A stretch of DNA of 64,000 bases from Patescibacteria group bacterium UBA926 (GCA_002293685.1 DBDS01000007.1:40140-104139), one strand, 5' to 3'. Numbered from the stretch's first letter, positions 1 through 9,952 are shown. The notes: generated from the sequence alone by a model not told the origin. Translations and numbers: made by a program.

Positions 1-1
1 A

Positions 2-1123
2 GCTATTGTAGAAGACCAGCTCTTTATTGAGACTGGAAGTCCTTTCCAGACAGTTGAGTTGCTTCCTGGGACTTATGAGGTTATTGTACGTGCCTACGAT
101 AACGCAGGTAACTTTACAGAAGTTTCACAGAAATTAGAAATCACTGATTCATGGTTTTGGTTTTTGAGTCAGGACGGGATTACTTTACCAAACGGCCAAT
201 TGATTAGTTGGTGGGTAATTTTCCCGCTTCTATTACTTTTATTGTTACTTCTCCTATTAATTGCTTACATTACCAGACGTTGGTATAAGCTAGCTCACGA
301 AAAAGTGGAGAACAATCATTTACCAGAAAGTTTATCTGTACAACTACAAGAGTTAGAGCAGTACCGAAATCGGTATGGTAGAATCACGGGCGTAATTTTA
401 CTGTCTTTGTTTGCCGGTTTTAATTTATTTAGCTCAACTCCATTGGCTCAAGCTCAAGATATGTCACCGCCGGTAATTACCAGTTACTCCGCAAATATTA
501 AAGATGATGAACTGTTCTATGTTTCTGGAAGAACTACCGAACCGAATGCAGAAGTAATTGTGCACTTGCAAAGCACAGTAGATGGTTCTTCGTTTGATTT
601 TAATACAATGTCTGATAAACGAGGGGACTGGACTTATCGACACGACAGTTTCTTGGCTGGCGGAAAGTATAGTATTTGGGCGCATACCAGAAGCGGTGAT
701 CTACTCAGTCCGCCGAGTCCGCAGGTGGAGATGGATGTTAAACCAATCGCACTTAACTGGGGTAATTCACGCATCACTTATCAAAGTTTATACATTGGAG
801 CTATTCTAGGGTTGCTTTTTGTGTCCGCTGCATTATTCCTTTACATAGTTATTCATACAATTCTGGTTCGTCGTCGCAGACGTCAGTTTGGTCATCAGTT
901 GAGGCAGGCCGAAGATTCAATTAAGCGAGGTTTCATTGCACTGCGTCGAGACATTGAAGCTGAGCTAATGATAATCAAGCAGGCACATCTCACCGATGAT
1001 TTAGTGGGGGAGCAAAAAGTTCGCCAACAACAGCTTGAAGAAGATTTGAAGAACATTGAAGCGCTTGTGGGTAGGGAATTATGGGAAGTTGAAAGCTTCG
1101 AAAAGCTGTCTGGAAATTCGTGA
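2..1123 (+). CDS. Membrane protein with bacterial Ig-like domain(s), 5'-truncated by window edge
   Basis: Frame is open from position 2; Ig-like segments (GTYEVIVRAYDNAGN; SGRTTEPNAEV..GDWTY) separated by hydrophobic helices. Confidence 0.6.
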   Translation, partial: AIVEDQLFIETGSPFQTVELLPGTYEVIVRAYDNAGNFTEVSQKLEITDSWFWFLSQDGITLPNGQLISWWVIFPLLLLLLLLLLLIAYITRRWYKLAHEKVENNHLPESLSVQLQELEQYRNRYGRITGVILLSLFAGFNLFSSTPLAQAQDMSPPVITSYSANIKDDELFYVSGRTTEPNAEVIVHLQSTVDGSSFDFNTMSDKRGDWTYRHDSFLAGGKYSIWAHTRSGDLLSPPSPQVEMDVKPIALNWGNSRITYQSLYIGAILGLLFVSAALFLYIVIHTILVRRRRRQFGHQLRQAEDSIKRGFIALRRDIEAELMIIKQAHLTDDLVGEQKVRQQQLEEDLKNIEALVGRELWEVESFEKLSGNS

Positions 1124-1180
1124 TAAAATAAATTAAGCTTCTTTGTCATCCTAAGTCCTGAGTCAATTAAAACCTACCTT

Positions 1181-1254
1181 GTCATTCTGAGTCCGCCAAA
1201 GGCGGACGAAGAATCCCATGAGATCCTTCAGTCACTCCGTTCCTTCAGGATGAC
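1181..1254. repeat. GTCAT..ATGAC palindromic repeat (family A), intergenic
   Basis: GTCATTCTGAG...GAAGAATC..AGATCCTTC...TCAGGATGAC, with an inner GTCCGCCAAAGGCGGAC hairpin; partial extra end GTCATCCT at 1145. Confidence 0.85.
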
Positions 1255-1268
1255 GTAAACATAAATTT

Positions 1269-1652
1269 ATGGACACAGACTATAAAGGAATTGCCATTAT
1301 TGCCCTGATAATTGTAGCTTTATTTGGTGCGGGGTTATTCTATGTGATTTCAGAAGGTAACAACCGCAGAGTCGCTCTAGAGCTAACTAGGCAGTATTTA
1401 AACACCAATAACCCTGAAGAACAGATGGCTTTGGAAACCGAGATTCGTGAGCGAATTGAGAAACCCCCAATTGCGATGACAAGCAGAGCTAGTTTAGATT
1501 CATTTGAGGTATTAATTGCTAATGCTAGAGCTTGTGAGGATTATGCAGAAAGGGTCCAGTCTGATGGCTCTGAGGTTGATACAGATGAGGTCTGGCGCTA
1601 CTGCATGGATAATCCTGAAGTCCTCACTCTGCCAATAAATCTTATAAGGTAA
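1269..1652 (+). CDS. Hypothetical protein with N-terminal membrane anchor
   Basis: 127-aa ORF, hydrophobic N-terminus, followed by a terminator. Confidence 0.6.
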   Translation: MDTDYKGIAIIALIIVALFGAGLFYVISEGNNRRVALELTRQYLNTNNPEEQMALETEIRERIEKPPIAMTSRASLDSFEVLIANARACEDYAERVQSDGSEVDTDEVWRYCMDNPEVLTLPINLIR

Positions 1653-1656
1653 ATTG

Positions 1657-1700
1657 AAAAAAGAATCCCCGGAAGCCTGAAAGGCTATCCGGGGTCTTTT
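1657..1700. terminator. Bidirectional intrinsic terminator
   Basis: A-run, CCCCGGA..TCCGGGG stem, T-run between convergent genes. Confidence 0.7.
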
Positions 1701-4003
1701 TATTTTGGCCAGTTGGCGATAATGAGTGTTTTATCTTCCACGAGCTTACCTTCGCGTAACTTCTGCCATAGTACTTCTGTTACGAATGGCATGAACGGAT
1801 GGAGAAGTTTTAAAATGTGTAAGAGAATGTGAAGCAGTATTGCTTGAGTATTAGCTTTTTGATTTTCGTTCTGAATTTGTTCTTTTGTTGCTTCGATATA
1901 GACGTCTGCAAATTCTTTCCATACGAATTCATAAAGTGTTTGCGCCGCGTCATGAATGCGGAAAACATTCAAGCTCTTGGAAACAGATTCAATTGTTTCT
2001 GAAAGCTGGTTTAAGATGAGTTGATCGGCTTTGGTGAGCTTGTCATTCTGAGGCGAAGCCGAAGAATCTAGATCCTTCGCTACACTCAGGATGACAGCCA
2101 CTTCATCTGCAGAGATATTGGTTAGGATATATCTTGTGATATTCCAAAGCTTGTTCCCAAAGTGCTTCATACCTTTGATTTTATCCTCTGCTAAAGCGGT
2201 ATCTGTTCCAGGGGCTGTATTGAATACCAAGGCAAAACGCAATGCGTCGGTGCCGTATTTTTCAATCATGTCGAGCGGGTCGATAATATTGCCAAGGCTT
2301 TTACTCATTTTTTGGTTTTTGGAATCTCGGATTAAGCCGTGCAAATAAACATGTTCGAACGGAATTTGCCCTAAGTGATAACCGCTCATCAATACCATAC
2401 GAGCAACCCAGAAGAATAAGATATCGTATCCAGTTTCCATTACAGTTGTTGGATGGAAGGTTTTTAAATCCGGGGTTTCGTTTGGCCAACCTAAAGTAGA
2501 GAAAGTCCACAGTCCAGAAGAGAACCAAGTGTCCAAAGTGTCTTCGTCCTGAGTCCAGCCTTCGCCTTCAGGCGCTTCAATTCCTACATACATGTTACTG
2601 TCATCCTGAGCATCACTGTCATCCTGAGCGTTAGCGAAGGATCCATTATCAGATTCTTCATTCCGCTTCGCTCCACTCAGAATGACAGGGGTAGTTTTGT
2701 ACCAAACAGGAATACGATGCCCGAACCAAATCTGACGAGAAATACACCAATCGCGCAAGTTATCTATCCAGTGGAAGTAGGTTTTGTTAAAGTGATCTGG
2801 AAAAATTTTTATTTGCCCGCTTGTTACCACTTGCCGCATTAACTCTTTTAACGTGGTTTCTGTGCCTGAATCAATTCCTTCAATTTGAGACTTCTTTAAA
2901 GTAAAAGGTTTATTTACATCTAAGAACCACTGCAGTTTCGGTAATGGCTCGATAATGCCACCGCTTCTTTCGGCTGTGGCAACATTTTGTTTGACCGATT
3001 CTTCGCGCTCCAATAGATTCTCGCTTCGCAACCATTCGACAATGGCTTCACGCGCCACTGTTGTTTTTTGATCAATCACACCTTCTTGCCCAGCGGTCAT
3101 TTTTGCAAACTCGTTAATGACTTGCTTGAAAGGAAGCTTGTGTCGTTCGCCGATTTCAGCATCAACTTGGCTATGAGCTGGAGTGACGCCCAAAGCACCA
3201 GTTCCAAATTCTGGGTCAACGCTTTCTTCACCAATAATTTTGATGTGAAGTTGTTCACCTGCAAAAGTAACATCAAATTCTTGACCGATAAATTGTTTGT
3301 AGCGAGCATCTTCAGGATGAACTGCAACTGCGGTGTCACCAATTTTGGTTTCCGGGCGTGTGGTAGAAATTGAGATAGGGAAGTCGGCGCTATATTTGAA
3401 AGTATAAAGAGTCGCTTCACGCTCTTCGTGAACAATTTCGTCATCAGAGATAACAGTTTGGCCTTTCGGATCCCAGTTGATTACTTTGTGCGCACGGTAA
3501 ATTAAACCGTCGTCGTACATATTCTTAAAAGCTGTGCGAACAGCTAGACTGCGAGGTTCGTCTAAGGTGTATGCTTCGCGGCTCCAATCAACGGAAGCAC
3601 CAAGCGCTTTGATTTGACCAACGATTGTGTCGCGACTTTCTGCTGCAAATGTTTCCACGCGCTTTACGAATTCTTCACGACCTAAATCGGTTTTGCGAAC
3701 ACCTTCTTTGGTTAAGATTTTTTCTACTTTGGATTGGGTCGCGATTGCAGCGTGGTCTGTTCCTGGTAACCATAAAGTCTTGCGTCCTTGCATGCGACGG
3801 AAGCGAGTGAGTATATCTTGAATTGTCACGAACAGCGCGTGGCCAACATGAAGCGTTCCAGTCACGTTTGGGGGCGGCATGATAATAGAGAACGGTTCGC
3901 CGTCACCTAAATTATCTGGGTTAAAATACCCAGAATCTAGCCAGTTTTGGTAAATATCCGCTTCGTATTTTGAGGCTTCATAGGCCTTATCTAGTTCAAT
4001 CAT
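1700..4003 (-). CDS. valS: Valine--tRNA ligase carrying two in-frame repeat-derived peptides
   Basis: PPPNVTGTLHVGH (HIGH), DWCISRQIWFGHRIP, KMSKS; lacks the C-terminal coiled-coil arm. Confidence 0.97.
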   Translation of the reverse strand: MIELDKAYEASKYEADIYQNWLDSGYFNPDNLGDGEPFSIIMPPPNVTGTLHVGHALFVTIQDILTRFRRMQGRKTLWLPGTDHAAIATQSKVEKILTKEGVRKTDLGREEFVKRVETFAAESRDTIVGQIKALGASVDWSREAYTLDEPRSLAVRTAFKNMYDDGLIYRAHKVINWDPKGQTVISDDEIVHEEREATLYTFKYSADFPISISTTRPETKIGDTAVAVHPEDARYKQFIGQEFDVTFAGEQLHIKIIGEESVDPEFGTGALGVTPAHSQVDAEIGERHKLPFKQVINEFAKMTAGQEGVIDQKTTVAREAIVEWLRSENLLEREESVKQNVATAERSGGIIEPLPKLQWFLDVNKPFTLKKSQIEGIDSGTETTLKELMRQVVTSGQIKIFPDHFNKTYFHWIDNLRDWCISRQIWFGHRIPVWYKTTPVILSGAKRNEESDNGSFANAQDDSDAQDDSNMYVGIEAPEGEGWTQDEDTLDTWFSSGLWTFSTLGWPNETPDLKTFHPTTVMETGYDILFFWVARMVLMSGYHLGQIPFEHVYLHGLIRDSKNQKMSKSLGNIIDPLDMIEKYGTDALRFALVFNTAPGTDTALAEDKIKGMKHFGNKLWNITRYILTNISADEVAVILSVAKDLDSSASPQNDKLTKADQLILNQLSETIESVSKSLNVFRIHDAAQTLYEFVWKEFADVYIEATKEQIQNENQKANTQAILLHILLHILKLLHPFMPFVTEVLWQKLREGKLVEDKTLIIANWPK
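2042..2095. repeat. Family A repeat inside valS (54 bp, 18 codons)
   Basis: GTCATTCTGAG..CTCAGGATGAC; reads VILSVAKDLDSSASPQND on the minus strand. Confidence 0.9.
2600..2686. repeat. Family A repeat inside valS (69 bp plus 18-bp end duplication)
   Basis: GTCATCCTGAGC at 2600 and 2618, CTCAGAATGAC ending 2686; reads VILSGAKRNEESDNGSFANAQDDSDAQDD on the minus strand. Confidence 0.9.
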
Positions 4004-4015
4004 AAATTTATAAAT

Positions 4016-4175
4016 TAAAAAGACACCAATCCGCTTGCGCAGGGTGTCTAGAGTTTGGTAAGTTCTAACTTACCAAACGGTACCATCTAGAGCTTTCGCT
4101 TAATTTTTCCAGATTACGGTTGGGGCCGACAGGTTCTACTCGCTGGGATTATCCCGAGCTTTCTTCCTGTACCTA
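4016..4175 (-). promoter_or_regulatory. T-box riboswitch leader of valS
   Basis: Minus strand: TCTAGA-TGGTACC-GTTTGGTAAG..CTTACCAAAC-TCTAGA antiterminator with a UGGNACC bulge, overlapping terminator AGACACC..GGTGTCT-TTTT; upstream hairpin with GAA/AGTA, CCGTAA F-box-like motif and candidate GTA (Val) codons. Confidence 0.8.
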
Positions 4176-4179
4176 TCCG

Positions 4180-4758
4180 CTATGGGCGGAGCACTTTGGT
4201 GACAGCCAAAGAATCGGTTTGCCTTTGTAGGTTCATTATACTGACAGCCTTTGCGTTTGTAAAGCTAGTAGATAGTTTTGAGATTAGTCCTAGCTTTTCT
4301 CCGGGAGGAATTGGAATTTCTCCGTATTTAAGTACAACTCCATAGTGCACCTCTACTGAACGCAAGAAGTTTCTCGATTGCTCAAAGAAATCTTCTGTGG
4401 TGAGTGAAGAGGTCTTTAGCATTAAGAACCTTCCATCCTGATTAGGTTCCAAATAGAGCAGACTCAAGAGACGTCTTCGTTCAAGATCGCTCAGGAGACG
4501 TTTAGTTTTTTCTGAAGTTTGATGTGGTGATTTTTCGATCAGTCTATAAAGTTCATTGAACACATCTTCAGAAAAAACCAGGCCGATTTTTCTTTGTACT
4601 TCAACTAGCTCGCGGGACATGGTTTTTGGGTTGATGTTGAAATACTGAGTATCTTCGTCTACCAGAGCTATGTAGCCGATAGAGGGTTGGGCCGAGGTGA
4701 CACACCAGCTCATCAAAAGCCAGCCTATTAAAACTACTAGTTTCATTCTTGCCTCCAT
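4180..4758 (-). CDS. Hypothetical secreted protein
   Basis: Signal-peptide-like N-terminus; own TTGACA-18-TAAAAT promoter. Confidence 0.55.
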   Translation of the reverse strand: MEARMKLVVLIGWLLMSWCVTSAQPSIGYIALVDEDTQYFNINPKTMSRELVEVQRKIGLVFSEDVFNELYRLIEKSPHQTSEKTKRLLSDLERRRLLSLLYLEPNQDGRFLMLKTSSLTTEDFFEQSRNFLRSVEVHYGVVLKYGEIPIPPGEKLGLISKLSTSFTNAKAVSIMNLQRQTDSLAVTKVLRP

Positions 4759-4808
4759 TTCAATTGATGAGGCATTTTAGTATTTGAGCGAGTGGTCTGT
4801 CAAATTTA

Positions 4809-5846
4809 TTATAGGAGCTCCCAAGCTGGGTTCGCGTGAACTTGACTTGGTTTGGAAGGCTTTACTCCTGCGAGTAAGTTGAAGTAAGCGGCTAGAGCTA
4901 TCATTTGGGCATTGTCACCGCAAAGTTCGTGATTTGGAACTTTGAAGTTTAAGCCGTTTTCGGCTGAGAGTTTAGCGAGTGATTCGCGCAACGCGCGGTT
5001 GGCAGCGACACCGCCGGCAAGAGTGATTGTTTTACAGCCGTGCTTCTGTACAGCCTTGAGAGCTTTCTGTGTGATTACATCGACAACAGCATTCTCAAAA
5101 GACATAGCGATGTCGGCTTTGGTTTGTTTGGAAAGAGGTTTCTTAAGCTTATCAATGTGATATAGAACGGCGGTTTTTAATCCGGCGAATGAGAAATCAA
5201 AGTTTTTAAAATGAAGCATCGGTCTTGGGAAATTTAAATCAGTCTTTCCACTTTGAGCAAGTTTAGAAATTTCTGGACCGCCAGGATAGGGAAGATTCAA
5301 AAGTCTGGCAACTTTATCAAAAGCTTCGCCTGCCGCATCATCGACTGTGTTGCCAACAACCTTGTAGGATTTGTAATCCTTCATAAGTAAGAACATAGTG
5401 TGACCACCAGAAACGATTATTGCTAATGCAGGGAATTGGGCAGGTTTTCCGTCAGCGAAGGCTGAATAGAGATGGCCACTCATGTGGTTAGTAGGAAGGA
5501 GTGGAATGTTTGCTCCTGTAGCTATACCTTTGGCAAATTCAGTTCCTACGATTAATGAGGCAATTAATCCCGGACCGGAAGTTACGGCAACATAATCCAA
5601 TTTAGATAAAGTTAGCTTTGCATCTGCCAATGTTTTTTGCACGACAGGAGAAATCACTGCCATGTGCTCTCGAGCAGCAACCTCAGGAACAACTCCACCA
5701 GTTTTTTGGTGAATGGAGATTTGTGATTTGATAACTGACGATAAAAATTTAAAGGAGGGTTGCTTGGATTCTATAGAACCTGAAAGAATCGCGGCCGCGG
5801 TTTCGTCACAACTTGTTTCAATGGCAAGGATGGTTATTTGCTTCAT
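4809..5846 (-). CDS. tsaD: tRNA t6A37 threonylcarbamoyltransferase TsaD
   Basis: ILAIETSCDETAAA, GGVVPEVAAREH, NHMSGH, SGGHT, DDAAGEAFDKVAR, DNAQMIA. Confidence 0.96.
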   Translation of the reverse strand: MKQITILAIETSCDETAAAILSGSIESKQPSFKFLSSVIKSQISIHQKTGGVVPEVAAREHMAVISPVVQKTLADAKLTLSKLDYVAVTSGPGLIASLIVGTEFAKGIATGANIPLLPTNHMSGHLYSAFADGKPAQFPALAIIVSGGHTMFLLMKDYKSYKVVGNTVDDAAGEAFDKVARLLNLPYPGGPEISKLAQSGKTDLNFPRPMLHFKNFDFSFAGLKTAVLYHIDKLKKPLSKQTKADIAMSFENAVVDVITQKALKAVQKHGCKTITLAGGVAANRALRESLAKLSAENGLNFKVPNHELCGDNAQMIALAAYFNLLAGVKPSKPSQVHANPAWELL

Positions 5847-5861
5847 AACTTATTTAAAAAT

Positions 5862-5920
5862 GTCATCCCGACGACCACATGTCCTGAGTAAAGTCGAAGG
5901 ACGCGGGCCAGCCGGGATCT
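5862..5920. repeat. Family A-related half element with nested hairpin
   Basis: GTCATCCCG...CGGGATCT enclosing GTCCTGAGTAAAGTCGAAGGAC. Confidence 0.6.
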
Positions 5921-6022
5921 GTGTTGGTATTATATCGGGTTTTGAAGCAAAACAAAAACCACTTAATTTCACTATAATAGTGCCCAATGATGGGAAAATG
6001 GCTTTTGTTAGACGTATAAAAA

Positions 6023-6250
6023 TTACATTGTGGAAGCAGAGGCTGGTGCTGAATCGCTTCCTTTCATGCTGTTGATGGCAACTAGGACCGCAGATAAACC
6101 TACCAATATATAAACAATGGTAGTTAGCATTGTATCCCCAAAGATTGTTGTAACTAGATTGAAGTTAAAAGCTCCAACTAGTCCCCAGTTCAAACCGCCA
6201 ACAACCAAGAGAATCATTGCGAGGGTATTTAGCATTTTCAAATTTCTCAC
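6023..6250 (-). CDS. DUF378 family small membrane protein
   Basis: LLVVGGLNWGLVGAFNFNLV..IFG..IVYILVGLSA signature. Confidence 0.88.
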   Translation of the reverse strand: MRNLKMLNTLAMILLVVGGLNWGLVGAFNFNLVTTIFGDTMLTTIVYILVGLSAVLVAINSMKGSDSAPASASTM

Positions 6251-6323
6251 CCCCTTCCCTTACGAGATGAATTCTAACTCAATTATATCATTATTTAAGT
6301 GAAATTTTTTCAAACCTGTGTAT

Positions 6324-6363
6324 AAAAAAACCGCCTCTATTTTTTATTGAAGAGACGGTTTTT
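6324..6363. terminator. Intrinsic terminator after the antiporter gene
   Basis: AAAAAACCGCCTCT..AGAGACGGTTTTT stem-loop. Confidence 0.6.
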
Positions 6364-6368
6364 GAAAT

Positions 6369-7781
6369 TTAAGCATGTGCAGGTTCTGACTCGGCTTGCT
6401 TTTTAAGCAAGTAAGAAAGAATTGGTGGTGTAAAGAGGGTAGTTAAGATTACCATGATGATGATAATCGAAAACACTTCATCATTTACAACACCGAGAGA
6501 TTTACCGATAGTGGCAAAAATCAATCCAACTTCTCCACGAGGAACCATCCCGAACCCGACCAAGTTCTTGTTGACACTGCCAGCAGCTAATCCGGAAAGC
6601 CATTTACCGATGAATGCTACTGCAGTAATTGCTAGTCCGACAAGAAGGATTTTTGGTTCGAATAAGGTAGCTAAATCAACGTTCATACCGGTGTATACGA
6701 AGAATAGCGGAACCAAGAACAGAGCGATTGGCTCGATTAGTTCTTCAACGTGCTTGTCGGAGTGGTGGGTAACAAGCTTCATAATCTTTTCTTTTCCAGC
6801 TTCATCAACGTGTTCCAAATGTTCTTCGATATCACGCGCCACTTTTGGTCTACGGAAGTACTTAAAGTGAACAGGGTCGAGCACAAGTCCGGCCGCGAAC
6901 GCGCCTACGATTGGAGCCAAGCCAATAAATCCAGCTACGGCCGCAAAGATTAACGCGAAGCTGATGGCGAGAGTGAACTTCATTCCAACGCCTGTGTGAA
7001 CTTTGGATAAGAAACGCCCGAAGTAAGGCGCAGTAAGCTGTCCAAGAACAATCGCACCAATTAAGAACGCAAGAGCTTTAACGATAATCAATCCTACTGT
7101 GCCCACACCAACTGTTCCAAGAGTTACAAGTGCAGAAACTACAGCCAAAATGATTAAACCAATTACGTCATCAATAACAGCCGCGCCAAGAACAATTTTT
7201 GCTTCAGGCAAACTGAGCTTGCCCAAATCTTTGAACACGCGAGCGGTAATACCTACTGATGTCGCGGTTAGAGCTGCACCGAGGAATAGGTAAGTGTTGA
7301 GTTCAAGACCTGGCATTAACAAAGGTCCAACCACCCAAGTTCCAAGGACAAACGGTGCTACAACACCAATGATTGCAACCATAAACGCACGCAAACCGAC
7401 TTTCTTCATCTCAACGATATTTGATTCCAAACCAACTTGGAATAACAAAATGATCACACCAAGTTCCGCAAGGAATGGAATGAATAAATCGCTTTTGATT
7501 GGCTCGAAAAAATTCAAACCGATTAAAGCTAGGTTACCAAGAACGATACCAATCACAAGCTCACCGAGTACTGCGGATTGTCCGAAGCGTTCAATTAAAC
7601 TTGCAAGCTTGGCAGCGACTAAGATTACCGCTAACCAAAGGATGCTCATTAGGAATCCATCACCACCTGCACCACCTGCTGCATGAACAACTGGAGCAAA
7701 AGTTAGGGTGATTAAACCCATGTAGATAAAAGTCTTCGCGCGCATTCGCGCTGGCCAGAAGCGGCCGAGTAGGGATTGCAT
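6369..7781 (-). CDS. Cation:proton antiporter (CPA2, NapA-like Na+/H+ exchanger)
   Basis: About 12 TM helices; LTATSVGITARV, AAVIDDVIGL, GMVPRGEVGLIFA motifs. Confidence 0.9.
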   Translation of the reverse strand: MQSLLGRFWPARMRAKTFIYMGLITLTFAPVVHAAGGAGGDGFLMSILWLAVILVAAKLASLIERFGQSAVLGELVIGIVLGNLALIGLNFFEPIKSDLFIPFLAELGVIILLFQVGLESNIVEMKKVGLRAFMVAIIGVVAPFVLGTWVVGPLLMPGLELNTYLFLGAALTATSVGITARVFKDLGKLSLPEAKIVLGAAVIDDVIGLIILAVVSALVTLGTVGVGTVGLIIVKALAFLIGAIVLGQLTAPYFGRFLSKVHTGVGMKFTLAISFALIFAAVAGFIGLAPIVGAFAAGLVLDPVHFKYFRRPKVARDIEEHLEHVDEAGKEKIMKLVTHHSDKHVEELIEPIALFLVPLFFVYTGMNVDLATLFEPKILLVGLAITAVAFIGKWLSGLAAGSVNKNLVGFGMVPRGEVGLIFATIGKSLGVVNDEVFSIIIIMVILTTLFTPPILSYLLKKQAESEPAHA

Positions 7782-7905
7782 ATCTGAAATTAATCCATTT
7801 AATTTTTTAACAACCTAATCATTATATTCCTAATTTTTAAGTTTGCCAAGACAGATAGGGTAAAAAGAAAAAGCCGTCCCGAAAATTGGGACGGCGAAAG
7901 TTTTG

Positions 7906-9225
7906 CTAGGCGTTAACCGTGCGATTGAATCGCTTGGTTATATCCATCATTTCCATGCAGACTACGATTCCAACCATGCCGATTAACAGCTGAAGTCCGA
8001 ACGGCGGTTCGAGTCCTGTGTAGCTAATCCACATCGTGGTACCAACTTGCCAGAGTAGAAGATAGGGCGCAAAAACCCACGCTTCAATTAACCAGCCTTT
8101 GAAAACTTGGGCCGATGTTACGACCTTTGCCGCAACAAGTATGACGAGGAAAGTCACAATCTGTGGACCGTTACCGAGAGGTGAGAGTCCTCCATAGACT
8201 ACCGATGGGAAAAGATTGAACCACAACTGCATAGTCATGCCGAGCTTCTCGTACACTGGATACGCGGCAGCGAATGCGGCTGCGTTGTCTGCGCCGAGTG
8301 TCATCGCAATAACCGCCCAGTAAAGTTGATCCGGGGGAATGTCTGTGTGATGAAGCCCAAGGTGCGCGAATGACACAACCGAGAAGAACGCCAGAAAAAT
8401 CACGGCTGTCTCAATGGACCAGTGAATCGTGTGATGCCGAGCTTCTTTTGAAAAGAAGAGGCTAGATATCAAAGTGATCAAGAACACTGAGCCAAGGAAG
8501 ATTGTAATTTGAAATTCTCTTAAGAAGGTTATGGCGATGCTTATGCATAGCGCCAGTACACTTCCGTAAAGAATCTTTAACCAGCTTTTAGGTCGGATGG
8601 TTTTTAGTTCAAGGTAGATGTTTCCAAATTCAGTCCCAAGCCTTTTTAGGGAGATGTAATACAACACCGCTGTGAAAGACATATAGAGCCAGAATTTTGT
8701 AAACGGAAAGAAGTAATTCAGGGTTTGTCCCATCTGACCAAACTTTACAGCAAGGTACGATTGCGGCGGGTCTGCAGCCGTCGTACCAAGAGCTAGCATG
8801 TTCATCGAGAAGATTGCGACCGTGATAAGTATCAACAGCCTACGTTCTTCATCTCGACTTTTCAAAACATGATAGATGGACAGCAAGAGCGGTACTACCG
8901 CCCAGGTTGTTCCAAAGTTTCCTGCGAGTGGGAAGACAAGAAATAAAAGCCAACCAATTTTGGTTGTCTTGGGAACTTCGATCTCGAATAAATTAAGTCC
9001 GGCAATGGCTATCGCCACCAACGGCACCATGATGAATTGCGGGTAGTCCACTAAGAAGACATGCTTCGCAACTTCACGGGTTTCATCATTGTAGATCAAA
9101 AGAAAAATAATCGTAGGGAGAGACAAAAAAAGGAAAATTATTACCTTTTTTTTGAGGTCCCCGACCTTAAGCGACGTGTAAACAATTACGACTAAAATCG
9201 CTAATGCGACAAGAAAAAAGTGCAT
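7906..9225 (-). CDS. Polytopic membrane protein, possible ion-transporter (NhaD/ArsB-like) family
   Basis: Many TM segments; GTTAADPP, GADNAA and LSPLGNGPQI motifs resemble IT-superfamily transporters. Confidence 0.5.
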   Translation of the reverse strand: MHFFLVALAILVVIVYTSLKVGDLKKKVIIFLFLSLPTIIFLLIYNDETREVAKHVFLVDYPQFIMVPLVAIAIAGLNLFEIEVPKTTKIGWLLFLVFPLAGNFGTTWAVVPLLLSIYHVLKSRDEERRLLILITVAIFSMNMLALGTTAADPPQSYLAVKFGQMGQTLNYFFPFTKFWLYMSFTAVLYYISLKRLGTEFGNIYLELKTIRPKSWLKILYGSVLALCISIAITFLREFQITIFLGSVFLITLISSLFFSKEARHHTIHWSIETAVIFLAFFSVVSFAHLGLHHTDIPPDQLYWAVIAMTLGADNAAAFAAAYPVYEKLGMTMQLWFNLFPSVVYGGLSPLGNGPQIVTFLVILVAAKVVTSAQVFKGWLIEAWVFAPYLLLWQVGTTMWISYTGLEPPFGLQLLIGMVGIVVCMEMMDITKRFNRTVNA

Positions 9226-9380
9226 GATCCATAGATCCTCCTAGGTTTTTTTGTTTCGGTTATTTTCACACCGACTCGATATTTTACTACTTCTGGACTG
9301 TTTTGTCGAGGGGGTGGTATTACTAAATTTCTTGGTCGCGAAGGTGAATATGTTATAATTTAGTTAAATAATAAAGAACT

Positions 9381-9575
9381 ATGTGTGCAGTTTGTGGGTT
9401 AACTAGTATTCCAGCTTGTTCAGTTAGTGGTCAATGTGGGTTGAATATTCAACAGGTTGTTGGTGTTGCGGCTATATCGGGTGGCGCGGCTTTAACTTTG
9501 CTTCGTCATTGGTTAGCGGTCCGTGTGAAATCTGCGACGACAAAAATAAGTAAACTATTTAAACATGGAAGTTAA
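9381..9575 (+). CDS. Small Cys-containing hypothetical membrane protein
   Basis: 64-aa ORF with N-terminal CxxC, overlapping the next ORF. Confidence 0.4.
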   Translation: MCAVCGLTSIPACSVSGQCGLNIQQVVGVAAISGGAALTLLRHWLAVRVKSATTKISKLFKHGS

Positions 9576-9915
9576 AAGATACGATATTTATTTAGTGGGA
9601 TTAGTAGTCTTGCACTTTGTGGTTTTTTTCCGAATTCTTTCTATGATAACAGTCGGTAGTGCTTTGCAAATGATGAGTATTGAAAATGGATTTGGATATA
9701 TGATGATAGCCATTTTTGTAGCCATTTTTTCTTTAAGTTTTTTCAATCTATCGCACATGTTTAGGATTACAACAAAGCCGAGCGGGGAGAATAGCTCGGC
9801 AGAAGTTTCGCAGTTACACGGAACCGCTCAAAGATTTTTGATCATCCTGTTAATCTACTTATTCCTTGAATGTATTCAAGCGCTTCATTACATGGGCGAA
9901 ATAGGTTCTGTGTAA
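9565..9915 (+). CDS. Hypothetical membrane protein
   Basis: Three hydrophobic segments; terminator follows. Confidence 0.55.
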   Translation: MEVKRYDIYLVGLVVLHFVVFFRILSMITVGSALQMMSIENGFGYMMIAIFVAIFSLSFFNLSHMFRITTKPSGENSSAEVSQLHGTAQRFLIILLIYLFLECIQALHYMGEIGSV

Positions 9916-9952
9916 ATACCAAAACACCGCCATGAGGCGGTGTTTTGGTATT
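9915..9952. terminator. Strong hairpin terminator
   Basis: AATACCAAAACACCGCC-ATGA-GGCGGTGTTTTGGTATT perfect 17-bp stem. Confidence 0.75.
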
